A DNA stretch of 63,767 nt, filler included, from Dicyema japonicum (lineage: Eukaryota > Animalia > Dicyemida), in the NCBI GenBank assembly GCA_011109175.1. It is 14 parts of 13 records of this genome, joined end to end, with 100 filler letters (N's around TTAATTAATTAA, not from the genome) between each part and the next. Parts side by side here need not be neighbours in the genome. Positions count along the whole stretch, not along the records: positions 25,537 to 29,847 come from RDEW01000058.1; positions 29,948 to 31,682 come from RDEW01000141.1; positions 31,783 to 42,294 come from RDEW01000030.1; 11 more parts are not named here. One strand, given 5' to 3'. Both the position numbers and the translations under genes were made by a program. Shown piece by piece: positions 25,540 to 39,043 of the stretch. The notes beneath the pieces are model-generated. The model made no database searches. It saw only the letters and a list, made by a program, of their open reading frames with translations, and was not told the origin of the DNA. Each line of letters starts with the position of its first letter. The first letter of the stretch is position 1.

Positions 25540-26790
25540 AGTAAGTTTAGTTTTTGGATAGTGGCCTCTGATAACGCAAATCTCCACGCAGCTGAGGCAA
25601 ATTCGGCGCAATTGTCTGGCCGTATATGATTCCGATTGCTTTATTCATATTCCCTGGGGGCTTCTGGATGAGGGCCCGTATGACATTCAATTAACATGAT
25701 TTTTTTCTTTTATTGAACCAAAAAACCACCGTCATATCCAAAATAAACAAATTCAGGTGATCCCAGCCTCCCTTACTAGTCTCCGCATCTTTTCTCGGTG
25801 TTCCGACTGCGTTCCTGCGCATTTCCGAAATGGACTGGGTCCGCATACCAGAGTCGTTTGCAGCGACACTGTTCCAGTCGCCTTTATCATATTTTCTAGG
25901 TTTCTAGGCAGTATTTCCACTCGGGAATATTTCCTTAGTATGTTTGCTGCCTTCACTTGAATGTTCCATATCTTGTCCATTTTCGTTGCAGAAAGGTTAG
26001 ATCTCCAGATATTCAATGAGCCAGCTCCTCTCTCACATAACTGTCCCTTTTCAGCTTACCTCATCCGGTGAGGTAAGCTGATCCGTCTCTCTGAGTGGGG
26101 TCCTTGTATTTTTCGCTGGATCGTTCAGAATCGTTAGGGAGTCCGATTTCAATAACAATAGCTTCCCTCTCGTGTCGGCCTGTTGGGTTGACAACCATAA
26201 TGGTTGCTTTGCGTTTAAATCTCCACATATGATGATCTCATCTTAGATAACCAATCTTGATAGGTTTGGAATAACATAGTCCTTTGGGCAGGAGCCGGGA
26301 GGAGACAAGTAGATATTCACTTCCAACAAGTTTCCTCACTTCCGAAGTAATGTCTCTGCATTTCAGGTTCTTTTTGAATAGAGTGAGTAGTCCACCCCCT
26401 CTTCTCTTTTTACGGTCCATCCTGATTGCCTCGTATCCAGGTAATGAAGGTGTGGAAACATGCATGCGGAGTTTAGTTTCTTGAATCATGGCCATGTCGA
26501 TCTTCTGATTTGCCAGGATTGAACGAAGTTCCCTGACCTTGCCTTTAATTCCGTTGATGTTTAGTTGGAGAGCAGTAAATTTCTTTTCACCACAGTGGGC
26601 TGAGGGTTTTCGCCGCGAACGTTTGGACTTTCTTGAAACACATCGCCGGGGTTCGATAATGACCCCGGGGAAGGGGTCTAATTGTCCTTTTTGCGAGGGT
26701 ATTAGAAGCCCTCTGGGCGTTGCCAAATCCTTTTGAATTTTTTGAATTGGTGGACCACATAACGCCACGCTAAATTTAATAGCCATTTTT
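25540..26790 (-). mobile_element. Internally deleted APE-LINE (endonuclease fused to ORF2 C-terminus, RT core absent)
   Basis: LQLNINGIKGK...IDMAMIQETKL...RMDRKKRRGGGLL and IICGDLNAKQPLW, then directly ...VREAGIT* and the 3'UTR. Confidence 0.85.
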
Positions 26791-27384
26791 TCAAAGCTGT
26801 TTCATTAGAAACAGCTTGATGTCCGTTTTTGCAGACATAATAAATTTCATCGAACAAAGTCTATAAAATTTAAATAAAATATATTTTTTAAGTATTTAAA
26901 TAAAATAACTCTCAGACGAACTGAGATCACTCGCATTCGACAGAGGAAGATGAAAAAGACTAACTATAATTATTGTTTCTTTGAGTGTTGCACATGGGGG
27001 CTATAATAATTATGGCTTTCGTGAAAGTGCTTTAATAATATAATAAAATAACTGTTTTACATTCGATGATGCAGCTTCTGTGATTACTAACAAAACTCTC
27101 AAAGCGTCGGGTTTGAATAAGGAAGGAAGNAGCGTAAAATTTGGAGAGATAGTTGTCCCTGTTAAATTATTCTGAGAAATACAAAATCCTATAAAAACTG
27201 ACTGTCTCATACAAATAGAGAAAAGGCCACTGGAATCTTCTTTTGAAAGAGTTAAAGATATTTAAATACAACTAAGAACATAAAGTAATTTTTATTTAAA
27301 TTTTAAATATTTTTTTAATAATTTATTTAAATTTTAGAACCAAAAAATCGGTTGATTCATTTACTAAAAAAAAGACATATTCGA

Positions 27385-27709
27385 TTTGCCGCGTGGCGCC
27401 ATGTGGTGCTGCGTGGTTAATTGGTTTAATTTTTCAGCTTGCTTGTCTGTTCCTCCTCTCTTCTTATTAGAGTGGCGTCATGTGATCCACCTGTTTAGGT
27501 GACGCCCAGTGCCAGGCCGGCACGAAAAAGGATCATTTGCTCTTCCCCACTACACTGGAGGGGTTCCCACAACTGAATGTAATAAACGTCTTACCTTTTA
27601 TGTTGATTCCGGATGGACTCTGTTTCTGTTGAAGTGGAAAGTGGATACACCTAATTAGTTGTTTACTTTAACTACTTTCTCGTTGTATCCGGGGTTAATA
27701 AATAAATAA
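27385..27709 (+). mobile_element. RTE-like LINE 3' end with structured ~290-nt 3'UTR (copy A)
   Basis: Aligns along its length with 32089-32405. Starts with WRHVVLRG* and ends in an (AATA)n tail. Confidence 0.8.
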
Positions 27710-29947
27710 CTAAAAGAAAGAAAAAACAGTATGTTTAATTTTATTAGTTTAAGAATTGATGATTTTTACGGAGCTTCGTAAAGTCATTAAAGAACAATAA
27801 TTTAAAAAAATCAACATTTTTATTATCTATAAATTTGTTTCGATAAAACAAACCATTTCATTTTGATTAAATGCTTTGGATCATCTATGTTCTTTATACT
27901 CATCTTTTTTGCATAAATCTCAAGTTTTAACGCGTAATTCAACCAGATGCGGTTTAAGTCAACGTTTTCATTATTCATTTCGTACATAAGTTCTGGAAGC
28001 AAAGGTACAGAAACAAGTGTTATAGCAGTTCACACATGTAATCTATGTTAAACCAAATTAATTATATTTGTAATTAACTAAGGAAATTAGTTCATTGTCA
28101 TAAATATCACGTTTTATCTTTTCTTTCATAACTGCCTTAAATAAGTAAGTTAAAAAGAAAGATAGAGTCCTAAATGACTGAGAAAGCACTGATGATGAGG
28201 AGGATGAGATTGAAATTAAAGGGTATCCTGTACTATATTTTAATTTGAGTAGTTTTCATCCGTTCCCTCATAACTGCCTTAAATAAGTACGTTAAAAAGA
28301 AAGATAGAGTCCTAAATGACTGAGAAAGCACTGATGATGAGTAGGATGAGGTTGAAATTAAAGGGTATCCTGTACTATATTTTAATTTGAGTAGGTAAAT
28401 GTATTTGACCTGCTTTCTATTTAAGTTATTTTGAGTAATTTAGATATTTTCACTTCCAACGGTTGTTCAGTAACGCATACCTTCAGATTAACATATCTAT
28501 ATTAAAATAGTAGTCATTAGGCAATATTGACAGAATTAGCCGATCAGACTAGCAAGTTTTCCTTGCATCTTCTCCGAAATGGGCATGCCCCTCTTCTATC
28601 CTACTGAGCCTAGACATTAGTGACAGTCAATACACTAACCATTTTCCAATTGTCAAATGAAAAAAAATGAAAAATGAATTAAAACAACAAGTTGTGGAAT
28701 AGGTAACTACCAGTGCGCCGGTTGGCCTGGACTGTTCCACCGGGTACCCATAATTTTTGCTATCCATCCAATTACTAATTTATCTCAAGAGCGTTGTAGG
28801 TACAAAGCCAGTCCGCCCATTTCCAGATAGTTCTCCTTTTGTAGGTCCTTTCCCCAGTATGTTATTCCACGGTGGTCCTAACCGTCCTGCAGGGACCGAT
28901 GATGTGGTTAACAAAGTCCCGTGTAGATCCCAATTCGAATATAGGGATCAATTGCTGTGGGTACTTCTCCTTTTGTAGGTCCTTTCCCCAGTATGTTATT
29001 CCACGGTGGTCCTAACCGTCCTGCAGGGACCGATGATGTGGTTAACAAAGTCCCGTGTAGATCCCAATTCGAATATAGGGATCAATTGGTGTGGGTACTA
29101 GGTCCAACTTGGAAAATATCCGGAGTTTGGAAAACAACTAATTGTCAAACAACATTAGATGTGCCTAAGCTAGTAACGCTTCTGAATTTATTATGCCTCT
29201 TTAAAACAGCATAATTTTAGTCAACCAGCGCAGTTTTGTTTATGAATTTTATTATTATTAAAAATTAATATTTAATAAAAGTTTTATATTTTTGTTTTAT
29301 TAAGACAGTTAACATAGTGAAAATAAGTCAGAAGGTTTTGTGATAATTTAACCCGGTGGATCTAGGATTTACTTGGGCACATTTGAAATCTTATTCTCCT
29401 TAAAATAGATATAACTTATCGCTCATTGGAAAACTGTAGTTGAAAATGGATTGGATTCACAAATTTAGAAGTCCAATTCTCGCTTTCCCAAAATTAAAAA
29501 AAACTGAGGAAAATGAAACACCAAGTTAACCAAGTCTGCTTTGAGGAAAAACATGTGGGGTTTTTATATTTAAGACTTTAATTTTCAAAGAATTCAACAT
29601 CTTATTCGGTAAAATATTCAAATTTATGTTAGCCGATTAAATTTTCGAATGACGACTTCATGTGAATTGAAACAGGAAAAAATCAACTTTCATTATGGCT
29701 GAACAGTGAAAATTATTGAATCCAATGTTCGCTGCTAAGAAGTTATAAATTAAACTTCTTCGAGTTTAATTTAAATGGACTTGTATTTTCTAACTTTAAT
29801 CAAAGCGAATCCAAAATTTCAAAATCATCTTGTTCGTCATTTTTAAGNNNNNNNNNNNNNNNNNNNNNNNNNNNNNNNNNNNNNNNNNNNNTTAATTAAT
29901 TAANNNNNNNNNNNNNNNNNNNNNNNNNNNNNNNNNNNNNNNNNNNN

Positions 29948-30480
29948 CAGAAATCCTTCCATTTCCTTCAGTGTTAGACCTCGACAGACTGTGTCGAAAG
30001 CCCTAGATAAATATATGTCAAAGATTGTAGCTGCATTTTGGTATCTTTGGTTTACAGCGCCATTCGTGATGTCAAACTAGTCGTTGATCTCCCAGTCTTG
30101 AATTCACTAAGACTTGGTACAAGATAGTCGTCCACTTTATCCCTGATGCGATTAAATGTAACTAACCCCAGACTTTCTGTAGAGCAAAATTATCGGTTTT
30201 CCACTGGACCAACAGGTTTGTTAGGTTTCGGGATAGGTATTAGTAGATCAAAGAGATAGACATTCCTTTCTGGCAAACATATTATTTATAAGTGTTGTAC
30301 TTTTATCAATTAGCACAGGGGGTACATATTTTATAAACTTTGGGTTGAGTTTTCTGGTCCAGGGGCGACTGTTTGTGGTCACCGTCAGCTCCTTCATACG
30401 AAGACCGTTGTAGTCATTTTTCTGAGCGGCATAAGATGTAGTCTATTGATGATGTTGTTGCACGACCCGATGACAGGAAG
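29948..30480 (-). mobile_element. LINE RT fragment
   Basis: VAPGPENS, LLIPIPKPNKP and (SK)AFDTV-like RT motifs, with stops and frameshifts. Confidence 0.7.
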
Positions 30481-30579
30481 AAAGAGATTCAGAATATCCT
30501 AATAAGTATTATCAACTCTGTATATGAATAATAATAAAAATGCCACAAAATAAGAAATAAATAACAGAAATTAGTAAAA

Positions 30580-31682
<1,103 letters not shown>

Positions 31683-31782
31683 NNNNNNNNNNNNNNNNNN
31701 NNNNNNNNNNNNNNNNNNNNNNNNNNTTAATTAATTAANNNNNNNNNNNNNNNNNNNNNNNNNNNNNNNNNNNNNNNNNNNN

Positions 31783-32405
31783 ACGTAGCAGGCCTATCCC
31801 AAATGCTTGGAATGGTTGGCCATACTTGGCGGAGCTCTGCAGTGGCAGATTCGGTACTGTTATATCTATGAGTGAACTCAAGAAAATGGCTGTAGACAAA
31901 AAAGGTACTGATCTAAAGGGGCGGGGACCAAATGACCACAACTGTCAAAGAGAGCACCAGAGCTGTGATACATTGCAACTCAAGCATATTTATAAGGTCT
32001 ACGCGCGGAATCTCGCTGCAGCGGCAGATGTCGCAATTGAGGACCGTAGATTTACCCGCAAGATCCCTCATTGTAAGGTTACGACGAATGGCGCCAAATT
32101 GTGCTGCGTGGCTAATTGGTTTAAGTTTTGTGTTTGTTTGTCTGTTTCTCCTCTCTTTTCCTATTAGAGTGGCGTCATGTGATCCACCTGTCCAGGTGGC
32201 GCCCAGTGCCTGGTCGGCACGAAAAAGGATCATTTGCTCTCCCCCACTCCACTGGAGAGGTTTCCACAACTGCACGTATGAACGTCTTTTTCCTTTTATG
32301 TTGATTCCGGATGGACTCTGTTTCTGTAGACGTGGAAACTGGATACACTTAATTAGTTGTATACTTCAACTTCTTTTTCAGTGTATCAGGGTTAATAAAT
32401 AAATA
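31783..32405 (+). mobile_element. RTE-like LINE 3' end with structured 3'UTR (copy B)
   Basis: Frameshifted MVGHTWRS...RG...YDEWRQIVLRG* fits the RTE C-terminal 'GH.WR...GRP...DR..WR' pattern. 3'UTR shared with 27385-27709 and 42121-42294. Confidence 0.8.
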
Positions 32406-32409
32406 GTTA

Positions 32410-34810
32410 GGTTAACGGAGTAGTGTCAACCTGTATCAATAAGACTGTGGCTTATGCGGTGGAGGCTAAGCCAGTTGGGAAATTTGAGGCGGTAGTGAGA
32501 CATCTCCCTGATTGGAAACGAACGGGGTCGATAAAGTTTATAATTTCTTCATCAAATGATGCACTTCATTGCACGTGTCTATGTGTCGTGTATTACAGAA
32601 AAACATCACTAACCCGGAAATGATTCCAGATTGGGCCTGCATCGGGACAACTTTTTTGATCCTAAAGCTGGACAATCCTTAGTCTTTTGCATATTATCGA
32701 CCGAAGACCTGCATGCCAATTCTGTATAAGCTGGTGACCAAATTGATGGCTAATGAGGTCAGGAGCTTTGAGAAGCAAATGGGATTCTCTCCGAGAATCG
32801 ATTGGGTACTGTGCGAAATTGTCAGGGGGCAAAAGAGCACGCTTTGATCAACAAGTGCCTTTCTGTGTCTCACGGAAACTCACTTTTGTCTATGTGGGTA
32901 GATGTGAAGAAGGCTTACGATTCAGTTGATCATTCTTACCTTGTCGAGTGCCTACACAGTCTGTGTATGCCTGTGTGGTTCATCAGCTTTGTATGATGAA
33001 TAGGTGGAGTATTCATCTGAACTATAATAGGCACCGGATAGGCGAGGTAAAACTCAAGAGGGGATCCTTCAGGGGGATAGCATGTCTCCGCTACTCTTTG
33101 TTCTCTGTTTGGAGCCATTGAGTCGCCGCCTCAATGACCGGTTTGAGCAAATACCAGTTCATTGTGAAGGGGTTGTTTCAGTACAAATCACCTTCTTTTT
33201 ATCGATGACTGAAGATGTATGCTCGAACAGCCGAGAAACTCTACTCCATGGGGGTCTGTGCCAGGGAATTCTTTGAGAGTATAGGACTAGATTTGAATTA
33301 TTCAAAGTCTGCGACTAACACGCAAGTATGTAGCGAGTTAGTAAGAGTCCTATAGGAACACGAAGGATATAAGTATCTGGGTGTTACCGAAACTCCAAAG
33401 TCCCTCATAATGCCTGAGACAAAGCGACAAATTACTGAAGGCATTCGTAGAAGAGCAGCGTTATTATGTAAGACGTCTCTAAACGCAAGGAATTTGTTCC
33501 TAGCAATAAATGAGTATGTTGTCTCGCTGCTAAACTACTACATAGGTGTTGTGGAGTTTGAGCCCAAAGAGTATAATGAGATGGATGTTATGATCCGTGG
33601 AGTACCCAAAGAGAACCATGTCCATGTGCTGGCAGCCAATAAGGAGAGACTATATTTACCCCTTCGGCCGTGGACTGTGTGGAGTAGTCTAACTAAGTGA
33701 GCGTATCTTAATGCGAATGCACAACACCCTAATAGCTGGGTCAAGTGTGTCCGTAGGAAGCACGCCATAACAACGACCGAGAAAACACGGGCAACCCACA
33801 TAGGAACTATCAGATCTTTTTTGTCTGCTAAGTATGGTGTTGATGATGGTGGACAAGTAAATGTGAAGGCGTTGATCGAATTACAATATAATGATTTGAT
33901 GGAAAAGATCAACTTAAAAAGCCTTCATTAGGTCCTCTTCAGACCATTGGACAACTCACATGTCGACCTTAAGTCGTTGACAATATGGCTAAAATATGGT
34001 GACAACTCACATCGATCTGAGGCGCTGTACACGTATATGCAAGACTGCAATATTTTTTGGGGTCGATTAACAAATACATGTCCCCATTGTAAGTCAAGGA
34101 GCATGTCGGTTGATCATTTAGCCACTCGATGTGGATCCATGCTCTGCCATGACTATGTGTGGAGGCATAACGAGGTAGTAAGGAGTCTTCATCTTCTACT
34201 ATGCAATAAGTATGGTATTCGCCACACCAGAAAGTTGCGGACTCATAAGGTGCAATCTGTAGTAGAGAACACCAGGGTCCAAATTAAGGTAGACAGTGTT
34301 ATCCGTACCTCGGTGCTAGTCAAACACAATAAACCGGACATTGTGGTACACAATAAGGAGTCTGGTCAAGTCCTTATCATAGAGGTTGGCATTACGTCTC
34401 AAGACCGTTTGCAGACTGTGGAGGTGGAGAAAAAAAGGAAGTATGACTTGCTTGCAAACGAGATGGGGCAGATGTTTAGTTGCAAGGTCCTTGTTATTCC
34501 AATAGTAATGACGTGGGAAGGAATTGCAACAAAGTACCACAAGGGTTATCTGAGCAGTTGGGAGTAGATATGAAGCTCCAGGCCTATCTACAGTCAACTG
34601 TATTAAAGCGGACCCTAGAGAGCCTGACACTGGAGTATAGGAAGCAGAGCCCTGAGATGCCATATGGGCAGAGGGTTTAATTGGACAAGGCGCTTTCGGA
34701 GTTGTTTCAGAAACCAGAATCGAACCTGCCTGAGGAGGCTGGCGAACAGCCAGGTGAGGAAGGTTGTTGTTTATTAAATATTAACTTTTTTTATTGTTGG
34801 TTAAATAAAG
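32410..34810 (+). mobile_element. R4-type non-LTR retrotransposon (RT + CCHC + REL), 5'-truncated and frameshifted
   Basis: LPDWK..DKVYNFFIK, QGAKEHALIN, DVKKAYDSVDH, GDSMSPLLFVLCLEPL, YKYLG, CPHCK..SVDHLATRC, RHNEVV, NKPDIVV..IIEVG..KKRKYDLL. Confidence 0.93.
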
Positions 34811-35709
34811 TGGGTATCAAATTCATTTTTGAAAAACGCGGGGACTTTTAAGTGCGACATATCGCTAGCTCGATCACCGATAGAAATTGGGAGTTTACAT
34901 TGGGACCAACACAGGTCTTCTAATTAGATATCTTCAGTCGAAAACTTTAATGTAGAAAACTAGATAAAATGTGTAGCTGTACAATGAACTTTAGGCGAAA
35001 AAACGCAATATGTGCGTCGAGAAAATTCAGTTTTCGAGCCATGGAGCCAAGATCTTTTTCCTTTAAGTCTTGCAGCAATTTTATAGATAACCGTTAGAAG
35101 TAATTACCGACAGCGATCAAACGGATACCCCATCAGGCTTGAGAAAGGCATCCAGGTTATCTCCAAAAAATCTTTCAAAAGACTGTAAGGTCCCGCTCGA
35201 CATTCTCTCAACAAGGCGGTAGAGAAGGTTCCCTTCGGTCTCCCTTGTAGCAGCCAAACTGAAGTCTTTAACGTGGCTCTGATTATGAATATTGTATTAA
35301 ACACGAAGAACATCTAATGGGAAGAAACGTAATAATTTGAGTATCTGAAAAAGAGACATCAGAGTAGCTCTTACTAAAAAATCTCAAATATAGAGCATCT
35401 GGTAAATCTCCATCAAAGTCAAGGGTCGTTATTATGGGGGAGGGGGATAAATTATTGAACAGAGTAAAAATTTTTTCATAGCGACACGAAAAAAAGGTTG
35501 AGATTCCAGCGTCGCAGGAGCAAGGGAACCAGACGTTTCATCCGCGAGAAGAACTGTCTTAATTTGAAGGAACTTTAACAACTTTGCCTTATGCAGTAAT
35601 GAAGGATCATCAGTTAATTTTGGAGTGTTCTATTAATAAATAAAATTTTGGTGTAAACCATAGAAAATCACAAAAAACCAAAATAAGAATAAAGGAAAAG
35701 TTAGTCAAA

Positions 35710-36293
35710 TTATTTAAGTAGAAGGTCGCTAGCAATTTGATTGGCTAATTCTACCCCTCTCACCGCCTCTACAATATTTACTGCAAATCTCATAGCACTT
35801 GCAGGCCCCTGACCTGTTAGGAGATTCCCATCGATCTGACAAACTTCATCCACACACTCAAAATGATTGAATTTATTCAAAGTATCAAGCAATTTTGGAT
35901 AAAAGGTCGCCTTCTTTCCTTTGCAGACACCATGTTTGGCAAGACATAAGGGGGCAGCACAAATTGCGGCCACAGTCCTCCCGGCAATATCTTGGTTTCT
36001 CAATAGCTGACCGACTAAGTCAGAATTTGTGAGATTTTCGACTCCCGTGAGTCCCCCAGGACAGGCAATAACATCAAATACTTGATTAAGTAGGTTTTCT
36101 GACAATAAAACGTCAGGACATAACACAGAACCGTTCGCGCATTTCACAGGATTAGACAGCCCAGCGGTGGTAACTTTGATCTTTAGGTTATACTATCTAA
36201 AACCTCAGCACGAGTAAGAACGTCGATAATGGTCACAGACTCGATATCTTCGCAGCCATTTGCTAACAACACCAATGCTGTGGGCGAGGTCAT
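35710..36293 (-). CDS. PARK7: DJ-1/PfpI family protein, 186 aa, join(36204..36293, 35710..36180)
   Basis: MTSPTALVLLANGCEDIESVTIIDVLTRAE|IKVTTAG...DVIACPGGLTGVENL...VAAICAAP...TGQGPASAMRFA. One 23-nt intron, 36181-36203. Confidence 0.95.
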
Positions 36294-36449
36294 ACAAACT
36301 AGATTTCTATTTTTTTTGAATATTAAAATAAAAAATATTTATCAATATTTTAAAGAAATTATTGAAATATTGGTTTATTATTATTTATGTTCCGAATTCT
36401 CAATTTTATCAATAATCTCTTTATTTATTTTTGAATTCATCTCTAGACA

Positions 36450-36950
36450 TCCTCCTTTTCTTTTCCTTCTCTTGTGGGTGGATGATATGATGGACTCAGA
36501 AAATGGATATACAAAATTTCGGAATGGGGAAGCCCCGGATACTTTATGTTCCGGCTTAGATTTCTTTTGCCACAAAATTTGTAAGAATTTGGACGAGTCT
36601 GTGTTGAGAAAGAAGTTAAGTTCGCTCAATGCCAGCTATACTTTTTTAAAGCTGGTCAGGCATTGGACTTCTCCTTCATTTAATAATATGGGACAGTCTC
36701 TTGTCGACCATCTGCTCCATAATTTTGGCCATAGTGAAGATCAGACTTATGGCACGATAACTTGAGCCTTCATTAAATAGCCTCGTCTTTATGTAGCCGA
36801 GGCCAGAAGCGTTATTGCAGCATTCCTTTATCTGTAAGCCAAATTCCTGAATTGCTATTTCCACGTGGTGTGGGTACTGGGTGTCACTTTTAGGTACTGT
36901 CAAACCATCATCTGTATCTGCGCTTTGTGTATCAATTTGTGTTTGTTATA
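36450..36950 (-). mobile_element. Degraded LINE RT remnant
   Basis: SYRAISLIFTMAKIMEQMVDKRL matches 'YRPISL...K..E.....RL'. Confidence 0.5.
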
Positions 36951-37169
36951 GATGATCTCTAAAGATAGAGACAACTTTTTCTTGGGTTTACTCCTTCCCA
37001 TTTGACTTTTTAAGTAGAATCAGGTCCTTTTTTTCCTGTTCGAGTGCAACATTATCCTGTCGCTTGTTTACGATTGTGAGAGCTGGTCCTACACCATTAA
37101 GAAAAATCAGATAATATCGTTGTTAGTAAAGACAAGAAGAACAACCATCTAGCTTACGTTATTATTATT

Positions 37170-38050
37170 TTTACCCCCAGGATCACTGGGTCAAAGAGAA
37201 AGAAATAAAAGTTCTCATCTAACTAAGTGATCCCAGACCGACAAAGGTGAGGACGAGTCCGGCGGGGTCGAGAATCCTGAACAGCTCTTCTCATTGGACA
37301 TGGCATCGGCTCAAAATTTCTGTATGATTGTAGATAATTCGATAGTATTTGGAATAGAGGGCAGCTCGGTAGAATAGCCTCCTTTAATAGTTTCCGTTGT
37401 AGTTCGATTAAAAAGTTTTCAATGGGTTGGATATTGTGTTCTGGTCCAATTAACTTTATTGCAGTCTCCTCGATTGCGGATAATTTCAATGAGGAAGATC
37501 GTGACATTTGCATTGCCCATGAAGGACTTGCATACGTCATCGTTGGTCGGATAAATTGTTTGTAAATCGTGGCAAAGACACCAGTTTGATCTCTAAGTGT
37601 TTTTGAGAGCACTTTTAAAATTCTCATTTTTTTCAGAGCAGAAGTTATTTTGTTTTCAACATGCCGATAAAGGTGAGTCCCTGATCAAAAGTTACTCCCA
37701 GAATCTTCGGTGTTTTGTTAATAGAGATAACTTCGTTCTTCATAAAGATTTTTGGTTCGATACAGAGCTGTCTTTTGTAGGTGGTAAACAGTGTGACAAA
37801 GGACTTTGCTGCTGATGTGTAGAGTCTACGCTTTGAGAGCTATAGTTCCAGGTTGTCGAGCATTTGTTGAGTGGACTGAGTCGCTGATTGAATGCTTCTG
37901 TTCTTGGAGGCAAGAATGATATCGTCGGCATAGGAGAGGATTAGACAGTTTTCATTACAGGTTTGTGGCATGTCGTTTATGTAGAGATTGAAGAGTTAAG
38001 GTGATAGTGGAAAGCCTTGATGGACTACGTTAGAGTCGAATAAGGGGCTC
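37170..38050 (-). mobile_element. LINE ORF2 3' part and 3'UTR
   Basis: LYINDMP...LSYADDII, KILGVTFD, IYKQFIRPTMTYAS..W; ends RSGIT* plus hairpin. Confidence 0.9.
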
Positions 38051-38149
38051 AACACTGAAAAAAACGGTCTGATAGAGCCAATAAAAACGGTAATACAGGA
38101 AAAAATGACTAAAAACTTTAGGATCTATGAAAAGATGGAGATGGATACT

Positions 38150-38900
38150 GTTATAGAGTCCAAGCCATATGTAAGATATGTGGTAGCTAACCATCCTCCT
38201 TAACAAACGCCTTTGTTAACCTTTTATTGAATAAAAATAAATATTTCATCAAGATATCCATCCGTCTCGGGATCTATCTGTGCCAGCCTCATCCATGCAG
38301 TTGTGGACTTCCAAAGACTGACATATCTAGTTAAAATAGGAGACTGCGTTATTGATAGACTCAAAAGCTTTCAATTTGTGTCCATCAGGTTATAGTTAAA
38401 AGCAGCGAATTTCTTCTAATCGAAAATATTAGGTCCAACACCGACAGTCTCTTATTTTTAAAAACTTTCTTTTACGGAGATAAATACGGAATTGTGGTCG
38501 CTCTTTAAGTCATAAACCACAGGCAACTGGTGAGAGGGGGATACTACTTGAAGCAAGTATAATGTTGGAAAAAGTAATTCTATTTGGTTCTGTAAAGTGT
38601 TCTCATTTATTTAAGAACCCAAGATCATCATGAAAGAAGGAGTCAAAAACAACTATATTATGTGAACCCAGGTTCTCACAATTCCCATACTCTCTTTGAG
38701 TGGTCCCCAAGTGGTCTCATAGAAGTATTTCTACGAATTTCTGCAGAAGAACTCGATCGTTTTTCTTCAAAACTGATTGGGATTCCTCCACATGGATAAC
38801 TTTCCCACCAAGTGGGTTTCTAGGTTCCTTGTAAAAACGCAAGAAATCTCGGCCATATGGGGTTCTTGTGGACATTAATGGATTTTTGGTAAAATAATGT
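38150..38900 (-). mobile_element. Possible Ty3/gypsy RT-RNase H remnant
   Basis: Fragmentary 'AFESI..TQSPIL' linker-like motif; heavily degraded. Confidence 0.3.
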
Positions 38901-39043
38901 AGGATTTAATTTAAGAAAACATTTAGTTTTTAATTTTAAAATATAATTAATTATTTTTGAGTTTAATCCTAAAAATTAAATTTAAAACAAACTCGTGAAT
39001 TTTATAGTGGCACTTTGTACAGTTTTCATACTTGACATAAATT

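Noticed and set aside
32089-32210. TGGCGCC(CA) as a tRNA-Lys primer-binding site, making the repeat an LTR
   Set aside because: No TG...CA LTR ends. The first TGGCGC encodes the conserved WR of an RTE C-terminus and the second is the P1' strand of the fold.
36381-36903. Host gene (PWI-like) upstream of DJ-1
   Set aside because: The best motif is RT-like (YRAISL...KIME...RL) with stops, so it is treated as LINE debris.
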